A stretch of DNA of 64,000 bases. Origin: Octopus vulgaris. Its lineage: Eukaryota. The position numbers and the translations under genes are program-made. Position 1 is the stretch's first letter, and each line of letters begins with the position of its first letter. The stretch covers positions 44,888,001 to 44,952,000 of the forward strand of contig OX597838.1 in assembly GCA_951406725.2 (NCBI GenBank), written 5' to 3'. Shown here piece after piece: positions 11,528 through 24,724 of the stretch. A model generated the notes under the pieces. The model was not told the origin of the DNA. It saw nothing but the letters and a program-made list of their open reading frames with translations, and searched no databases.

Positions 11528-11661
11528 TGAGAGAGAGAGAGAGTGAGAGAGAGTGAGTGAGTGAGGGAGAGAGTGAGTGAGTGAGAGAGGATAGGTAGAT
11601 AGATAAGATTAGAAAATATGGCTATCGTAATTTATAGATACAAATACCTATATATTTGTGA

Positions 11662-11737
<76 letters not shown>

Positions 11738-13100
11738 AGAATGCCTAAAGAAAGGAGGAGTGACAGTGATTGAATGGTTGGTGAGGCTTATGAATGTTTG
11801 TTATATGACTGGAAGAATAGCAAAGGACTGGTGCAGAGCCTGTATAGTGCCACTTTTCAAGGGGAAAAGGGATGAATGCGAGTGTGGAGATTTTAGAGGT
11901 GCCTCTGTTGTGTGTGGTTGGTAAAGTGTAAGGGTGAGGAACAAGACAGATAGTTTACTGGGGGAGGAGGAGGAGGAGTGTGGTTTTAGGAGTGGAAAGG
12001 GGATGTAGAGATCAAATATTTGTAGTAAGAGAGATGCGTGAACAGTTTTCAGCAAAAGCAAGTGAGATGTTTTGGGCTTTTATGGACTTAGAGAAGGCAT
12101 GTGACCGAGTGGATAGGGATGCAATATGATAGGGGTTGCGGTTGTATGGAGTAGATTGTTGAGAGCTGTTGAGAGATTTTGTAGAGAAAGAAGGGCGTGC
12201 GTTAGGGAGGGTGGTGAAGTGATTGGTTTGATGTGAAGGTGGATTTAACACAGGGTTGTGTAATGTCTTCACGCCTGTTTAATTTCTATATGGATGGTGT
12301 GGTGAGAGAGGTAAATGCTAAACCCTTGGTAGGGGAGCCCCAATGAAGGGAGAAAATGGAGAGAAATGACAGGTGAGTCAGTTGCTGTTTGCTGATGATA
12401 CAACACTGGTGGCGAATTGGTAACAGCAACTGAGGAGAGTAGTGATAGAGTTTTAGAAGATTGTGTGAGAAGGGGTCACTGAAAGTGAATGTAGCTAAGA
12501 GTAAGGTGATAAGATGTTCGAGAGATGGAATGGCTGGTACGATGGATGTGAGTAGAAATGGTGAGATGCTAGGGGAGGTAAGTGTTTTTAAGTGTGACGG
12601 CGGAGGTGGGATACAGAGTGAGGGAAGAGAATAAGACAATTGGAGTTGTGAAAGGTATGCTGAAAGATAAAATGTTGAGTATGCAAGCGAAAAGAGGTGT
12701 GTATGGGGGGCGCTTTGTGTCGACAATGTTATATGGTGGCAGAGCCGTGGTGGCTGAGAGAGAGGGAACGGAGGCGACTAGTTGCGTTTGAGATGAGTTG
12801 TTTGAGAGCTACGGTTGGTGTGACAAGGATGGACAGGATGAGGAATGAGGAGGTACGAAGACGATTAGGAATGAGAGAAAAACTAACACCCAAATTGGAT
12901 AAACGAATGTTGACGTGGTTTGACGTGGTTTGGAGAGGAAGGTAAGGAGGGTGATGGAGGCTGAAGTGGCAGACCTCGGTTTGTGTGGATGGACGGAGTG
13001 AAGAAAGCTTTGGTGGTCAGAGGTGTTGGAGTGAGAGAGGTAAGAAAGTTTATAAATGATAGGAAAGCTTGGAGAGTATTTGTGGACGAATGAGTGAATT
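11738..13100 (+). mobile_element. Heavily degraded RTE (BovB-like) LINE RT fragment
   Basis: ECLKKGGVTVIEWLVRL..C...DWCRACIVPLFKGK...C..FRG, EEECGFRSG, FMDLEKA.DRVDR, LLFADD (~12384), FEMSCLR...GVTRMDRMRNEEVRRR. Many stop codons. Confidence 0.85.
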
Positions 13101-13821
13101 TTGATGTTGCTCAAAGGCGTACGGAGCCAGCATGATGCGGCGGGGGTAAACAAGCATATGCTGTCGGGCCCCGCTGCTGATACTGGGGGTTGCGCTCTAT
13201 GCCTTGACCCGAGCATAGAACGGGACTCGCCCCTTTGAGCAGGAAAATGAACGGAATGCGTTGTGTGTGTCTTGCTGTGGATACTCCCTCCTACAAAAAT
13301 GGAAAATACCTATGTATTTGCAAAGCTACAATCATACGAGAAGTCAAGAATAGAACAACGGCAAAATGGCATATAAAGAAACGTTTTTTGTTTTCATTAA
13401 CAATCCAGCCTATAAATACAATATGTATTTCTTATCAAATGAGCCATCCTTTCCAATGGAGATTTCAAATGGAGTAACTGTCTTGGAATCTTGGTGCAAA
13501 ATTTTGTCACGTTTGAAGTGTTAGAAAACCTGTTCCTTCTTGAAGTGTTTGGAGCTGTCTCTTGGGTTTCTGACATCAGCTGCACATCTTTAACACGTCC
13601 CTGCATAATGTATTACATTTTGTGAAAAGCTAGTCAGTGACTATGAAGAAAGAATGTGGAAATGGTAAAATAAAGCATTAAAGAATATTTCACGTTGTTT
13701 TAGCTTCGTTAGTAAACAAGAATTCATCTCATTTTCAATATTGTTATTTATTTACACCTTTTTTAAAACATGCAAGCAAGCACAGAATCAAATACACAGA
13801 AACACAAAACAACACACACAC

Positions 13822-13893
<72 letters not shown>

Positions 13894-13958
13894 ATGTATA
13901 TATGATGAACTCTCCAGTCGAAGACGACGTATAAGAGTTCAGGGATTGCCGAAGTATA

Positions 13959-14260
13959 GAGGCACATAGCCTAGTGGTTAGAGCAGCGGACTCGTGGTCG
14001 TGGGATCGCGGCTTCAAATCTCAGACCGGGCGATGCGTGTGTTTATAAGCGAAATATCAAAGCTGCATGCGGCTCCGGCAGAAAGTAATGGCGAACTTCT
14101 GATGACTCTTTCGCCACAACTTTCTCTCCTCATTCCTCCTGAATCTAGCAGCGCACCTTCGACGGACCGGCGTCCCGTCCAGGTGGGGAACCTATACGCC
14201 AAGGAAACCGGGAAACCGGCCCTTATGGGCCAGGCATGGCTCGACAAGGAACAAACAATA
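13959..14260 (+). mobile_element. tRNA-derived SINE family C, tail type 1
   Basis: tRNA-like head GGCACATAGCCTAGTGGTTAGAGCAGCGGACTCGTGG..., body ACTCTTTCGCCACAACTTTCTCTC, tail GGACCGGCGTCCCGTCCAGG...GGAAACCGG, then (CAA)n. Confidence 0.8.
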
Positions 14261-14362
14261 ACAACAGCAACAACGACAATTTCCGAAAGACCTATACAAA
14301 TGATTTGTTTGTAGTGATCAAACGTTTGTGCCACAACTCCATCACTGCCTACATCGAATTAG

Positions 14363-14403
<41 letters not shown>

Positions 14404-14653
14404 CACACACACAAACACACACACACACGTATATATGTTTGTGGTGTCTCTCCCCGCACCATTGCTTGACAACCGATGTTGGTGTGTCTACACCCCAGTA
14501 ACATAGCGGTTCGGCATAAGATACTGATAGGATAAGTACTAGGTTTACAAAAAATAAGTCCTGGGGTCGATTTGTTCGACTAAAGGCGGTACTCCAGCAT
14601 GGCTGCCGTCAAATGATTGAAACAGGTAGAATAATAAAAGAATAAATAAATGA

Positions 14654-14704
<51 letters not shown>

Positions 14705-14711
14705 AGCAAAA

Positions 14712-15160
14712 TATAAACAAGAGCAAAAGAAAATTATTTCTACGCCAATATGCTGATAACAGACTTTTAAATCGTCGATTTCCACATATTATTATACCCA
14801 CTACAGAATTACGTTGTGCTGGAATCGAGGAAAGCTAGCCAGCAGAATTTTTTTTTAAAGTTCGTTATTTCTATATTGAATCAATTTCGGAATTAATCTC
14901 ATAATAGATTTTTTCCTCTCAGTAGAAAATATGAATAGAAATACTTACATGCGCCCATGGAAAAAAGAGCAGAAAAAAAGTGGGTATATAATAATATGTG
15001 GAAATTGAGGATTTAAAAGTCTGTTATCAGCATATTGGCGTAGAAATAATTTTCTTTTGCTCTTGTTTATAAGTTGTTTATAATTTTAACCTTTAAAGGT
15101 ATTTTAATATGGTGCCATTTTTTTATGAAATGTTTTCTGTAAGAAAACTTCATTGTATAT
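14712..15160. repeat. Repeat with ~90-bp inverted arms (14712-14802 / 14979-15071)
   Basis: The arms are near-perfect reverse complements and the unit is flanked by microsatellite. Confidence 0.85.
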
Positions 15161-15251
<91 letters not shown>

Positions 15252-15588
15252 TTGTTGCTAAGATAGAGAGACGGATGGCACTGCCTATGACAAGGACAAA
15301 AGGGATCATGTGATCATTCTAACACGTCACAGCACTGTTCTCTATTCCAGAGCAGCCTGCTGTTCAGGCGCAGCTGTGACTATGTCGTAAGGAGTTTCCT
15401 TCTCAGCTACATGGCTCCAGATTCTCTCCCACAACGTGACACCTTGAGCAAGTATCTTCTACTCTGGTCCGGGCTTGATGAATTTCTTGTAAATGTATTT
15501 GGTAAACAGAGGCTGGAAGAAGCTTGTCATGTGCCCCAAAGTAAACCTGTTCTAATTGAACTCAACCTTTCTAGTATATATTATATAT

Positions 15589-15659
<71 letters not shown>

Positions 15660-15660
<1 letters not shown>

Positions 15661-16095
15661 GTTTAAATATTTGTTGTGCAAAATTTTTTATGTGAAGTCG
15701 TGTGTTGAAACAGATATTGTTATATTTCGGAATGGTCATTTTGCCAGTTTAGCCAATAAAAACACACGCACTATATATTTGGTGTTATTTTGCTTCAGTG
15801 TTATTTATTTTTTACATTAATCTTAATCTTATTTCGGCCAGATAGAGATATAAGCATGCACAAATGAAGACATACAATAGAAATACAAAATGGCTGACGG
15901 TTAGTAAGGAAAGACACAAATAAGTGAGAAGAAAACAAAGGACCACTGATACAGTCACAGGAGTGTGACAAAAGAACTCTGGCCGAAATAAGATTAAGAT
16001 TAATGTAAAAAATAAATAAAAAAGCAAAGTAACACCAAATATATAGTGCGTGTGTTTTTATTGGCTAAACTGGCAAAATGACCATTCCGAAATAT

Positions 16096-16102
<7 letters not shown>
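15660..16102. repeat. Repeat with ~125-bp inverted arms (15714-15842 / 15978-16102)
   Basis: The arms are near-perfect reverse complements and the unit is embedded in (TA)n. Confidence 0.85.
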
Positions 16103-16188
<86 letters not shown>

Positions 16189-16232
16189 AATCACAATATA
16201 ATGTAATATAATATAATATAACATAATGTATG

Positions 16233-16307
<75 letters not shown>

Positions 16308-16589
16308 CTCTGACAACTGATGCTGGTGTGCTTACGTTCCCGTAACATTAGCGGTTTGGCAAAAAGAAACCGATAGCATAAGTACTAGGCTTACAAAGAA
16401 TAAGTCCTGGGGCGATTTGCTCGACTAGAGGCGGTGCTCCAGCGTGGTAGCTGTCAAATGACTGAAACAAATAAAAAGAATACATGCAGACATGCATGCA
16501 CATATATGTATGTTTGAGTGCATTCGTATACATAGACATACATGCATATAGAATTCCTATATACATCTACACTACATATGCATACACAC

Positions 16590-16663
<74 letters not shown>

Positions 16664-16666
<3 letters not shown>

Positions 16667-16993
16667 CTCAGTGGTTAGAGCGTCGAGCTTACGATCGTGA
16701 GGTTGTGAGCTCGAATCCCGGACCGGGCTGCGTGTTGTGTTCTTGAGCAAGGCACTTTATTTCACGTTGCTCCAGTTCACTCAGCTGTAGAAATGAGTTG
16801 CGACGTCACAGGTGCCAAGCTGTATCGGCCCCTTTGCCTTTCCCTTGGATAACACTGGTGGCGTGGAGAGGGAGGCTGGTATGCATGGGCGACTGCTGGT
16901 CTTCCATAAACAACCTTGCCCGGACTTGTGTCTAGGAGGGTAACTTTCTAGGTGCAATCCCATGGTCATTCATGACCGAAGGGGGTCTTTACC
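16664..16993 (+). mobile_element. tRNA-derived CORE-like SINE family D
   Basis: A box TAGGCTCAGTGG, B-box-like GCTCGAATCC, CORE-like GTGTTCTTGAGCAAGGCACTTTA...CAGCTGTAGAAATGAG. Second copy at 30388. Confidence 0.85.
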
Positions 16994-17204
16994 TTATATA
17001 TATATATATACACATATATATATATGCAATATATATACACATACATATATACAATACACTAATGCTGTAGGGTAGCCAGGCGTTGTAAATCTGGAATTAT
17101 TTCTACTTCCCTCTTTTACTTAGGTGGCACGATCTGTATGATCCGAAACTTTAGATCCTTTTCCAATTAAGGCTGTCATTATCTTTGTCGTATATTTTCT
17201 GGGC

Positions 17205-17578
17205 GTGGAAGCGCAATGTCTCAGGGGTTAGGGCGGCGGACTCGCGGTCGTAGGATCGCAGTTTCGATTCGCAGTCCAGGTGCTGTGAGTGTTTTTGAGC
17301 GAAAATGCTTAAAGCCCCACTAGGCTCCGGCAGGTGGTGGTGGCGAACCCTGCTGTACTATTTCACCACAACTTTCACTCTTTCAGTTTCTGTTGTACCT
17401 GTATTTCAAAGGGGCCAGCCTTGCGTCACACTCTGTGTCACGCTGAATATCCCCGAAAACTACGTTAAGGGTACATTTGTCTGTGGAGTGCTCAGCCACT
17501 TGCACGTTAATTTCACGAGCAAGCTGTTTCGTTGATCGTATCAGCTGGGACCCTCGTCGTCGTACCCGATTGAGTGCC
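17205..17578 (+). mobile_element. SINE family C, tail type 2
   Basis: Same head and body as the 13959 copy. Tail CTGTGGAGTGCTCAGCCACTTGCACGTTAATTTCACGAGC; a degenerate sibling lies at ~42665-42880. Confidence 0.8.
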
Positions 17579-18140
17579 TCCACGATTTCCTATGCACACA
17601 TTTTTGATAGTTGCTATTTTCTTTCTTTTTACTAATGTTTTATTACCACCTTTTGTACCTTTTTTTTTTACATATTACTCGTTTGTTTCATTATATCATT
17701 GTATTCTTCGTTTGCTCTGTATATATGCGTGTTTAGTTCATTCACATTGTTACATCTCCTTGTCTATCTCCTATTGCATGTTGCCACCGATAATTTTTGA
17801 TAATTTGCATTACGAGAATCTATTTTGAGCATTTAACACCATTTGTTTGTTTTTTTTTCGCATAATATTGAAAAACGCTTCAACAAACAATCCTAGGAGT
17901 AATTTGCCGAAATGAATGTATGTTTTACAAAGCATATAATACAACATGTTTTCCGCACACGTGCACTCATACACAACATCACTACATTTTGGTTGTAGCC
18001 GGTTATATTAAGTTATGTTACGTTAAGACGATTACGGCATTGTTTCAACAAACAATTATGTAAATCCCACTTTAAATGTATAAAATATGATACATGTTTT
18101 CTATATTTTATTTGTATTATATATATATGTATATATATAT

Positions 18141-18331
18141 ATAGGGAGAGTTAACGAAAGAAACAAAAGACCAAGACAGGTGGTGTACAAAGCAAACAGA
18201 TGTATTAGTATAACGTTCAGGAATAGAAAAAGTTTTTTACGTTTCGAGCCTACGCTCTTCTACAGAAAAGGACACAGAATAAAACAAGGAGAGAAAAAAA
18301 TGTGTGTAGTGGCTAACGATCTATCATGGCG
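18141..18331 (-). repeat. Penelope-like pLTR repeat (family H) carrying a minimal hammerhead motif
   Basis: Homologous to 30330-30387, 39735-39810, 51240-51410, 52195-52400 and 61135-61335. Minus strand reads CTGTAGAAGAGCGTAGGCTCGAAACGTA. Confidence 0.7.
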
Positions 18332-18454
18332 TCTATCATATATCCGAAAGAGAAGCACATTCTAAAGCATAGAGCAGTAATCTATTTATAAGTATTTCAC
18401 ACTATATTCGGTCACACAGTGACCAATATAGACTCGGATGCTTATATATAAATA

Positions 18455-18820
18455 CTCTTTTACTTGTTTCAGTCATTTGACTGTGGCCATGCTGGAGCAC
18501 CGCTTTTAGTCGAGCAAATCTACCCCAGGACTTATTCTTTGTAAGCCTATCGGAGGTCTTTTGCCGTAAACACACCAGCATCGGTTGTCAAGCGATGTTG
18601 GCGGTGACAAACACAGACACATAAACATATATTCACACACACATACAGACATATATATATATAAACTTCTTTCAGTTTCCATCTACCAAATCCACTCACA
18701 AGGCTTTGGTCAGCCCGAAGCTATAGTAGAAGACATTTGCCCAAGGTTCCACGCAATGGGACTGAACCCGGAACCATGTGGTTCGTATGCAAGCTACTTA
18801 TCACACAGCCACTCCTACGT
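18455..18820 (-). mobile_element. SINE family B
   Basis: Reverse complement of the family B consensus with internal (TA/TG)n. Confidence 0.88.
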
Positions 18821-18825
18821 CTTGT

Positions 18826-18907
<82 letters not shown>

Positions 18908-19007
18908 TGTGTGTGTGTGTGCGTGTGTGTGTGTGTGTTTTCATTTGGATATAATCGAAAATGCACCAATACTAGTTATTTAATCGACCCCGTCGTGAAA
19001 GATTTCA

Positions 19008-19835
19008 TCATCATCATCATTGTTCGACCGTGGTCGAGACAATGGAATTTACCATGCTACGCCAGACTTCACGGTCCATCATGGCATTACGGAGGTCCTG
19101 TTTTTGGATGCCTGTATCCCTGGAGATTACATAGGAGAGTGTGCGCCCTCTGGTATTGCAAGTAGATGGCTTCCAGAGGAGAAGAGTAGAGATTACTTCT
19201 TTTTCAGCTCTACAACAATGTCCAGCAAACTGGACTCTCCTACCTTTCACAAGAGATGACACAGGTGGTAGTTTCCCATATATTTGCATTTTGGTTGGAT
19301 GGCGCTTCCACGAGAGATTTTGAGCTCTCATAAGGAGGCGAGTGTAGGTTCCATCCAACCGCCTCTCAAGCTTCTTTGATAACGTCCAGGTTCCTGAGCC
19401 ATATAGTAGAATTGGTTCGACTGTGGCTTTGAAGATTTCAAGTTTGAAGTCTCTACTTAGATTTGATGACCAGATGTTATGCTTGTCATTACAGGCTGAC
19501 CAGGCCATACCCTTTCTAGTTAGAAAGTCTTTTCCAGATGATGATATGTATGATGATGATATGTATTTGTAATCAGAAACCATATTTAAGGGCGCATTTT
19601 TGAGAGTATGGATGATGCAATCACTGTTGGACAGGCACGTGTTTATATATTCAGTCTTGGCCTCATTGAGGTAAAGACCTACACAATTTGAGGCTTGTTC
19701 AAGAGATTGTAAAAGAGACTGGGCATTGGAGAGAGAATCACTGATAAGAGCGATGTCGTCAGCAAAGTCAGTGTCTGTCAAGTACTCAGCTGGGTGTCTG
19801 GAACTTCTTCTTGGTTTTATTTCAAAGCCCTTGCC
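19008..19835 (-). mobile_element. 5'-truncated RTE-clade LINE with 10-bp target-site duplication
   Basis: GFEIKPRRSSRHPAEYLTDTDFADDIAL, VGLYLNEAKTEY, ILLYGS.TWTL, FAGHC.R and a (GAT)n tail. AAAGATTTCA at 18998-19007 and 19836-19845. Confidence 0.92.
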
Positions 19836-19854
19836 AAAGATTTCAAGTTAGTGG

Positions 19855-20900
19855 CTTCAGACTTTGGCACAAAGCCAGCAATGTTGGTGGAGGGTTACTT
19901 TGCCTTTCATCCTTTCGGAATCGAAAGAATGAAAGGCAAAGCCGACCACGGCAGTACTTGAACTCAGGACGTAAAGACGGACGAAACGCTGCTAAAGGTT
20001 TAGCTAGGCGTGCTAACGATTCTGCCAGCTCGCCGCTTTAGATAGATGAAGTATTCTATTTTGCTGAAGGCCTTGAAATTTTGTGGGAGGGGACTAATCG
20101 ATTACATCGTTCCCAGTGTTTCACCGGTACTTAATATATCGACCCTGAAAGGATGAAAGGCAAAGTCGACTGCGGCGGAATTTGAACTCGGAACGTGAAG
20201 AGGTGGTGAATTACCGTTAAGAATTTCGCCCAGTGTTCTAACGATTCAGCCAGGTCGCCGCTTTAGCGAGATGAAATATTATTCTCTCATTGTTTTTATC
20301 AGCATTTGAAAGCGGTCATTTGAAGATTATGCCTTAAAATGTGTTTCGCTCATAAACACACACATCACCCGGTCTGAGATTCGAACCCACGATCCCTCGA
20401 CTGTGATTCCGCTGCTCTATCCACTAGGCCATGTGTCTCCACAGCTCAGTGCCTTACAAAGTTTTAAATATTGGTTTCAAATTTTGATAACAACGCCAGT
20501 AATTTCGGGAAATAGGTAAGTCTGTTACAGCGATCGCAGTGCTCAACTGGTACTTATTTTATCGACCCAGGAAGGATGAAACTCACAGTCGACCGCGGCG
20601 AAATTGGATCTTAGAACTTAAAACCGGAGGCATTTCACCCGGCGTGTTAATGATTTTGCCAGCTCGCCGTCTCATGGAAATTTTTAGTATTACTTTCAAA
20701 TTGTCACACAAGGCCAGTAACTTCGGAGGTGAGGGTTAAGTCGATTATATCGATCCCAGTGCTTACCTAGTACTTATTTGATTGACACCTAAAAGACGAA
20801 GGGCAAAGTCAAATTTGAACTCATAACACTAAGACGGACGAAATGACGGACGAAAGTATTTCAGCCGCTATGCTAACCATTCTGCTATCATCGCCTGACG
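19855..20900 (-). mobile_element. Cluster of four minus-strand SINE A copies plus a SINE C head (~20345-20441)
   Basis: Repeated GGATGAAAGGCAAAGTCGAC / GAATTTGAACTC / GATTCTGCCAGCTCGCC motifs. Confidence 0.75.
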
Positions 20901-21697
20901 GAATTTTAAATATTGTTACTTGTTTTACGTCGATGCTTTTCCCGTTCCATTCATTTCTATACAAGTATTACGGTTTATGTGTTACATTAAGAGGAAACAA
21001 CGCCATTAAGTACTTCGTACGGTTTTATACGGGAGGAGGTCTTTAAGTAAGGGAAGGGGTGGTGACAGCGTAAGTTACCCGAGTGACGTCACTGCTAAAG
21101 GGTGTGATCTGATGGAGGTGTTTAGTTGTTATTTCTAACAGATATAGTGCCACAAAAAAGCTTTTCCTCGTTGGCTGGACAAGGTCGTGTAACTGCGTCT
21201 TTCCGTTGTTGCTGTTAATGTTGCTGGAGACAAGTATCAGAAAATGATTGAAGTTTTCAGAGTTGATGGAGAAAAATGAAGAATTGATTATTTCAGAACC
21301 ACCACTACTGCCACTACAACCACGACCAACACTCCTACAAAACAGAAATACTGGGCGGAGACATCTTTCGAAAATAGGCGGACACTGCCACTGCTACAGC
21401 AACAAGTACTAGTGTAAATAGTACTGTCAGTAGTAGTAGTAGTATTAGTAATAGCAGTAGTAGTTGTAGCTGTTGTACTTGGATTGTTGCGTTGCGATTC
21501 CGAGTGTGATTGCGATTGTCGTCCGGCAAGTGTTCGCTGTCGTCCGGCAAGTGTTCGCCGTCGTTGTTTGGAGACGAATTTAATAAGAGATTAAATGCGG
21601 GAAGATAAACGGGAAGATAAAGCGGGTATGTTTGATTGAAGGGAACGAGAAAGAGAGATTAAGAGAGAGAAGGGAGAAACGTAGAGAGGAATGAGAG

Positions 21698-21732
<35 letters not shown>

Positions 21733-22728
21733 AGAGAGGGGACGAAAGAGAATGAAGAGAGGAGAGAGAGAGAGAGAGAGAGAGAAAAGACGAACGTTAC
21801 TGAAAGTAAGCTATAAATCCATATTTGTATATATGCGTGTGTGTATGTGTTTGTGTGTGTGTAAGTGATATGTGTGTGTGTGTATATGTGCGGGTATATG
21901 TTTATATATATATATATATATGCATATATATCCACATGTACACACACCCGCGCACACACAGACAGACACACACATATATACACACATGCATATTTATTAA
22001 AAAGCCTTTATAAATAAACAAAAAGTTAGGAAAAATAAAATTCAATAAATTGAAAATAAAAAGAAAGAAAGAGAACGAAAGAAAGAAAGAAAGAGAAAGA
22101 AGGAAGGAAATAAGGGAAGGAAATTGAAGTAGAAATTTTAAAATGAAAGAGGAATTAATGTAAATGTAGGAAGGAAGAAAGGAACGAATGAAAGAAGAAA
22201 AGAAAGAGTGCGAAATGTTTCGTTCGTAATTCTTTGTCTGAAGGAAAAAGAAACGAAAAAGAAAGGAAACAAAATAAACGCAAGTGAAATGATGAGATGA
22301 ACGGGAGAAGATGAGGATGAGGGAGGATGAGGGGAAGGAACTAAAGGCAAAGATAGGTTTTTAACAATTATTTACTAGCAATGATTAGGATGAGGGATGA
22401 GGGATGAGGATGGGAAGTGGAGCGGGGTGGGATTGAATTACGTGGGGTGGGTGGGGGTGAGCCAAGGGGACAATAACTATGTGTGTATATTATGAATAGA
22501 GGTATGTGTGGGTGGGTGCATGTGTGTTTACGAGTAGCGAAGGCTGGCCACCTGAAACTTCGAGGTCACTAACACCACACTTGTAGCAATGCTATAAATA
22601 TATATTCTATGAAAGTATTCAGCAATTCTTCAGTTTAATGTAAAATTGTTCTTTTATCATATATTAAATCCACATGAAAACAAACAACTATGTATGCATG
22701 TATCTATCTATCTGCCTATATATCTGTA

Positions 22729-22797
<69 letters not shown>

Positions 22798-22798
22798 G

Positions 22799-22833
<35 letters not shown>

Positions 22834-22852
22834 GCCTCTATATCTGTATGTA

Positions 22853-22919
<67 letters not shown>

Positions 22920-22936
22920 ATATATATATATATCTA

Positions 22937-23011
<75 letters not shown>

Positions 23012-23039
23012 AGAAATTGAATATAAATTATAAATTACA

Positions 23040-23212
23040 AAGTGGGACAAGAACGCAAAAACACACAAAGAGACGACACAAAAAAACAGACGGGTTACTC
23101 GAAGCCTCTAATCTTCAGTCGGGATCCGGATCATCTTAGCAATTTCGGCTGTTTAATCTCGATATCGCTCCGATCCGGCCAGCCCCAAAGAAAAACTAAG
23201 CCACGGGCATAT

Positions 23213-23291
<79 letters not shown>

Positions 23292-23925
23292 TAGGCGCAG
23301 GAGTGGCTGTGTGGTAAGTAGCTTGCTTACCAGCCTCATGGTTCCGGGTTCACTGTTTTCTACTATAGCCTCGGGCCGACCAAAGCCTTGTGAGTGGATT
23401 TGGTAGACGGAAACTGAAAGAAGCCCGTCGTGTATATGTATATATATGTGTGTGTGTGTCTGTGTTTGTCCCCCCAACATCGCTTGATAACCGATGCTGG
23501 CGTGTTTACGTCCCCATAACTTAGATAGAATAAGTACTAGGCTTACAAAAAATAAGTTCCGGGGTCGATTTGCTCGACTGAAGACGGTGCTCCAGCATGG
23601 CCGCAGTCAAATTTCTGAAACAAGTAAAAGAGTAAAGGAGTATATATATATAATATATATGTGTATATGTGTGTGTGCATACATATGTGTGTGTCAACAA
23701 GCCGTAGAGCGCCTGTGTCATCCATGTTTTTAACCGTTACTGTCTTCAAAAAAGTTTTTTTCGTTTCTTGTTCGTCTCTGTTGCGTTGCATTCTTTCCTT
23801 CTGGGGCTGGATCTCAGAATTAAACAGCCGAAATCTGCGATGAGGAATCGGTTTCTGACTGAAGAACGAAGGCTTTGAATGACCCGTTTGTCTTTTTGTT
23901 CGTCCCTTCGTGTATTTCACGTTAT
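23040..23925. repeat. Two opposed copies of a ~160-bp repeat (23040-23200 minus, ~23800-23925 plus) flanking a SINE B at 23293-23640
   Basis: Shared GGGGCTGG...ATTAAACAGCCGAAAT...GACTGAAGA...AGGCTT...ACCCGT. Confidence 0.7.
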
Positions 23926-23954
23926 TTATTTATGTAAAGGTTTATTCTATTATT

Positions 23955-23989
<35 letters not shown>

Positions 23990-24382
23990 TACTCATAGGC
24001 ACGTACTCACACACACTCACACATACATATACAGATGTATATCTATGTAAACTTGTACTGGTTTCAACCAGAGTCCGTGGCCATGCTGAAGCAATCCTGT
24101 TTTAAGTATACTTTTTATTTCACGCCCATTTCCCTAGTATCTCTTTGGAACTCTTTCTCATGAAACAGCGATTTGGACGTCGTTTTCCCTTCTTTGTTTC
24201 TTGTCACGACGTGCGTTCATCTGCTTCCTCAGATAAAAAACGTGTCGAAATGGACGCAGGTGTGATAGTTCCGAGTTCTTTCCCACTCCATGTTATCTTG
24301 AGCAAGTGTCCTCTAATATAGCCTCGGTCAAACGAAAGTATTGTGATTGGATCTGGTTGACGGAAACTGAAAGAAGCCCACC

Positions 24383-24441
<59 letters not shown>

Positions 24442-24693
24442 TATACGTGCGTGTGTGTGTGTATTTGTCCCCACTTCTCAACTGTTATTGATGCACTTAG
24501 GTCCCTGTAAATTAGCAGCTCCTCAATAGTAGCACGCTTTGAAATAAGTGTTAGGTTCGCAGTCTAATCACTGAAACATGTAAGAGATAAAAATCTAAAT
24601 GGACTTCGAACACATCCATTCTTTGTTTTTATGTCAAGTTATACTGCTCGCCTTCATCGGTTGACACTTCGAAGTTACTGTCACAACTAAATG

Positions 24694-24724
<31 letters not shown>

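Noticed and set aside
13290-13760. Complex sequence after the RTE, a possible exon
   Set aside because: No frame gave a recognisable protein, so it is left unassigned.
16664-16735. tRNA-like sequence, also at 13959, 17205, 30388 and 57511
   Set aside because: These are SINE heads that continue into SINE bodies, with no intact acceptor stem or terminator.
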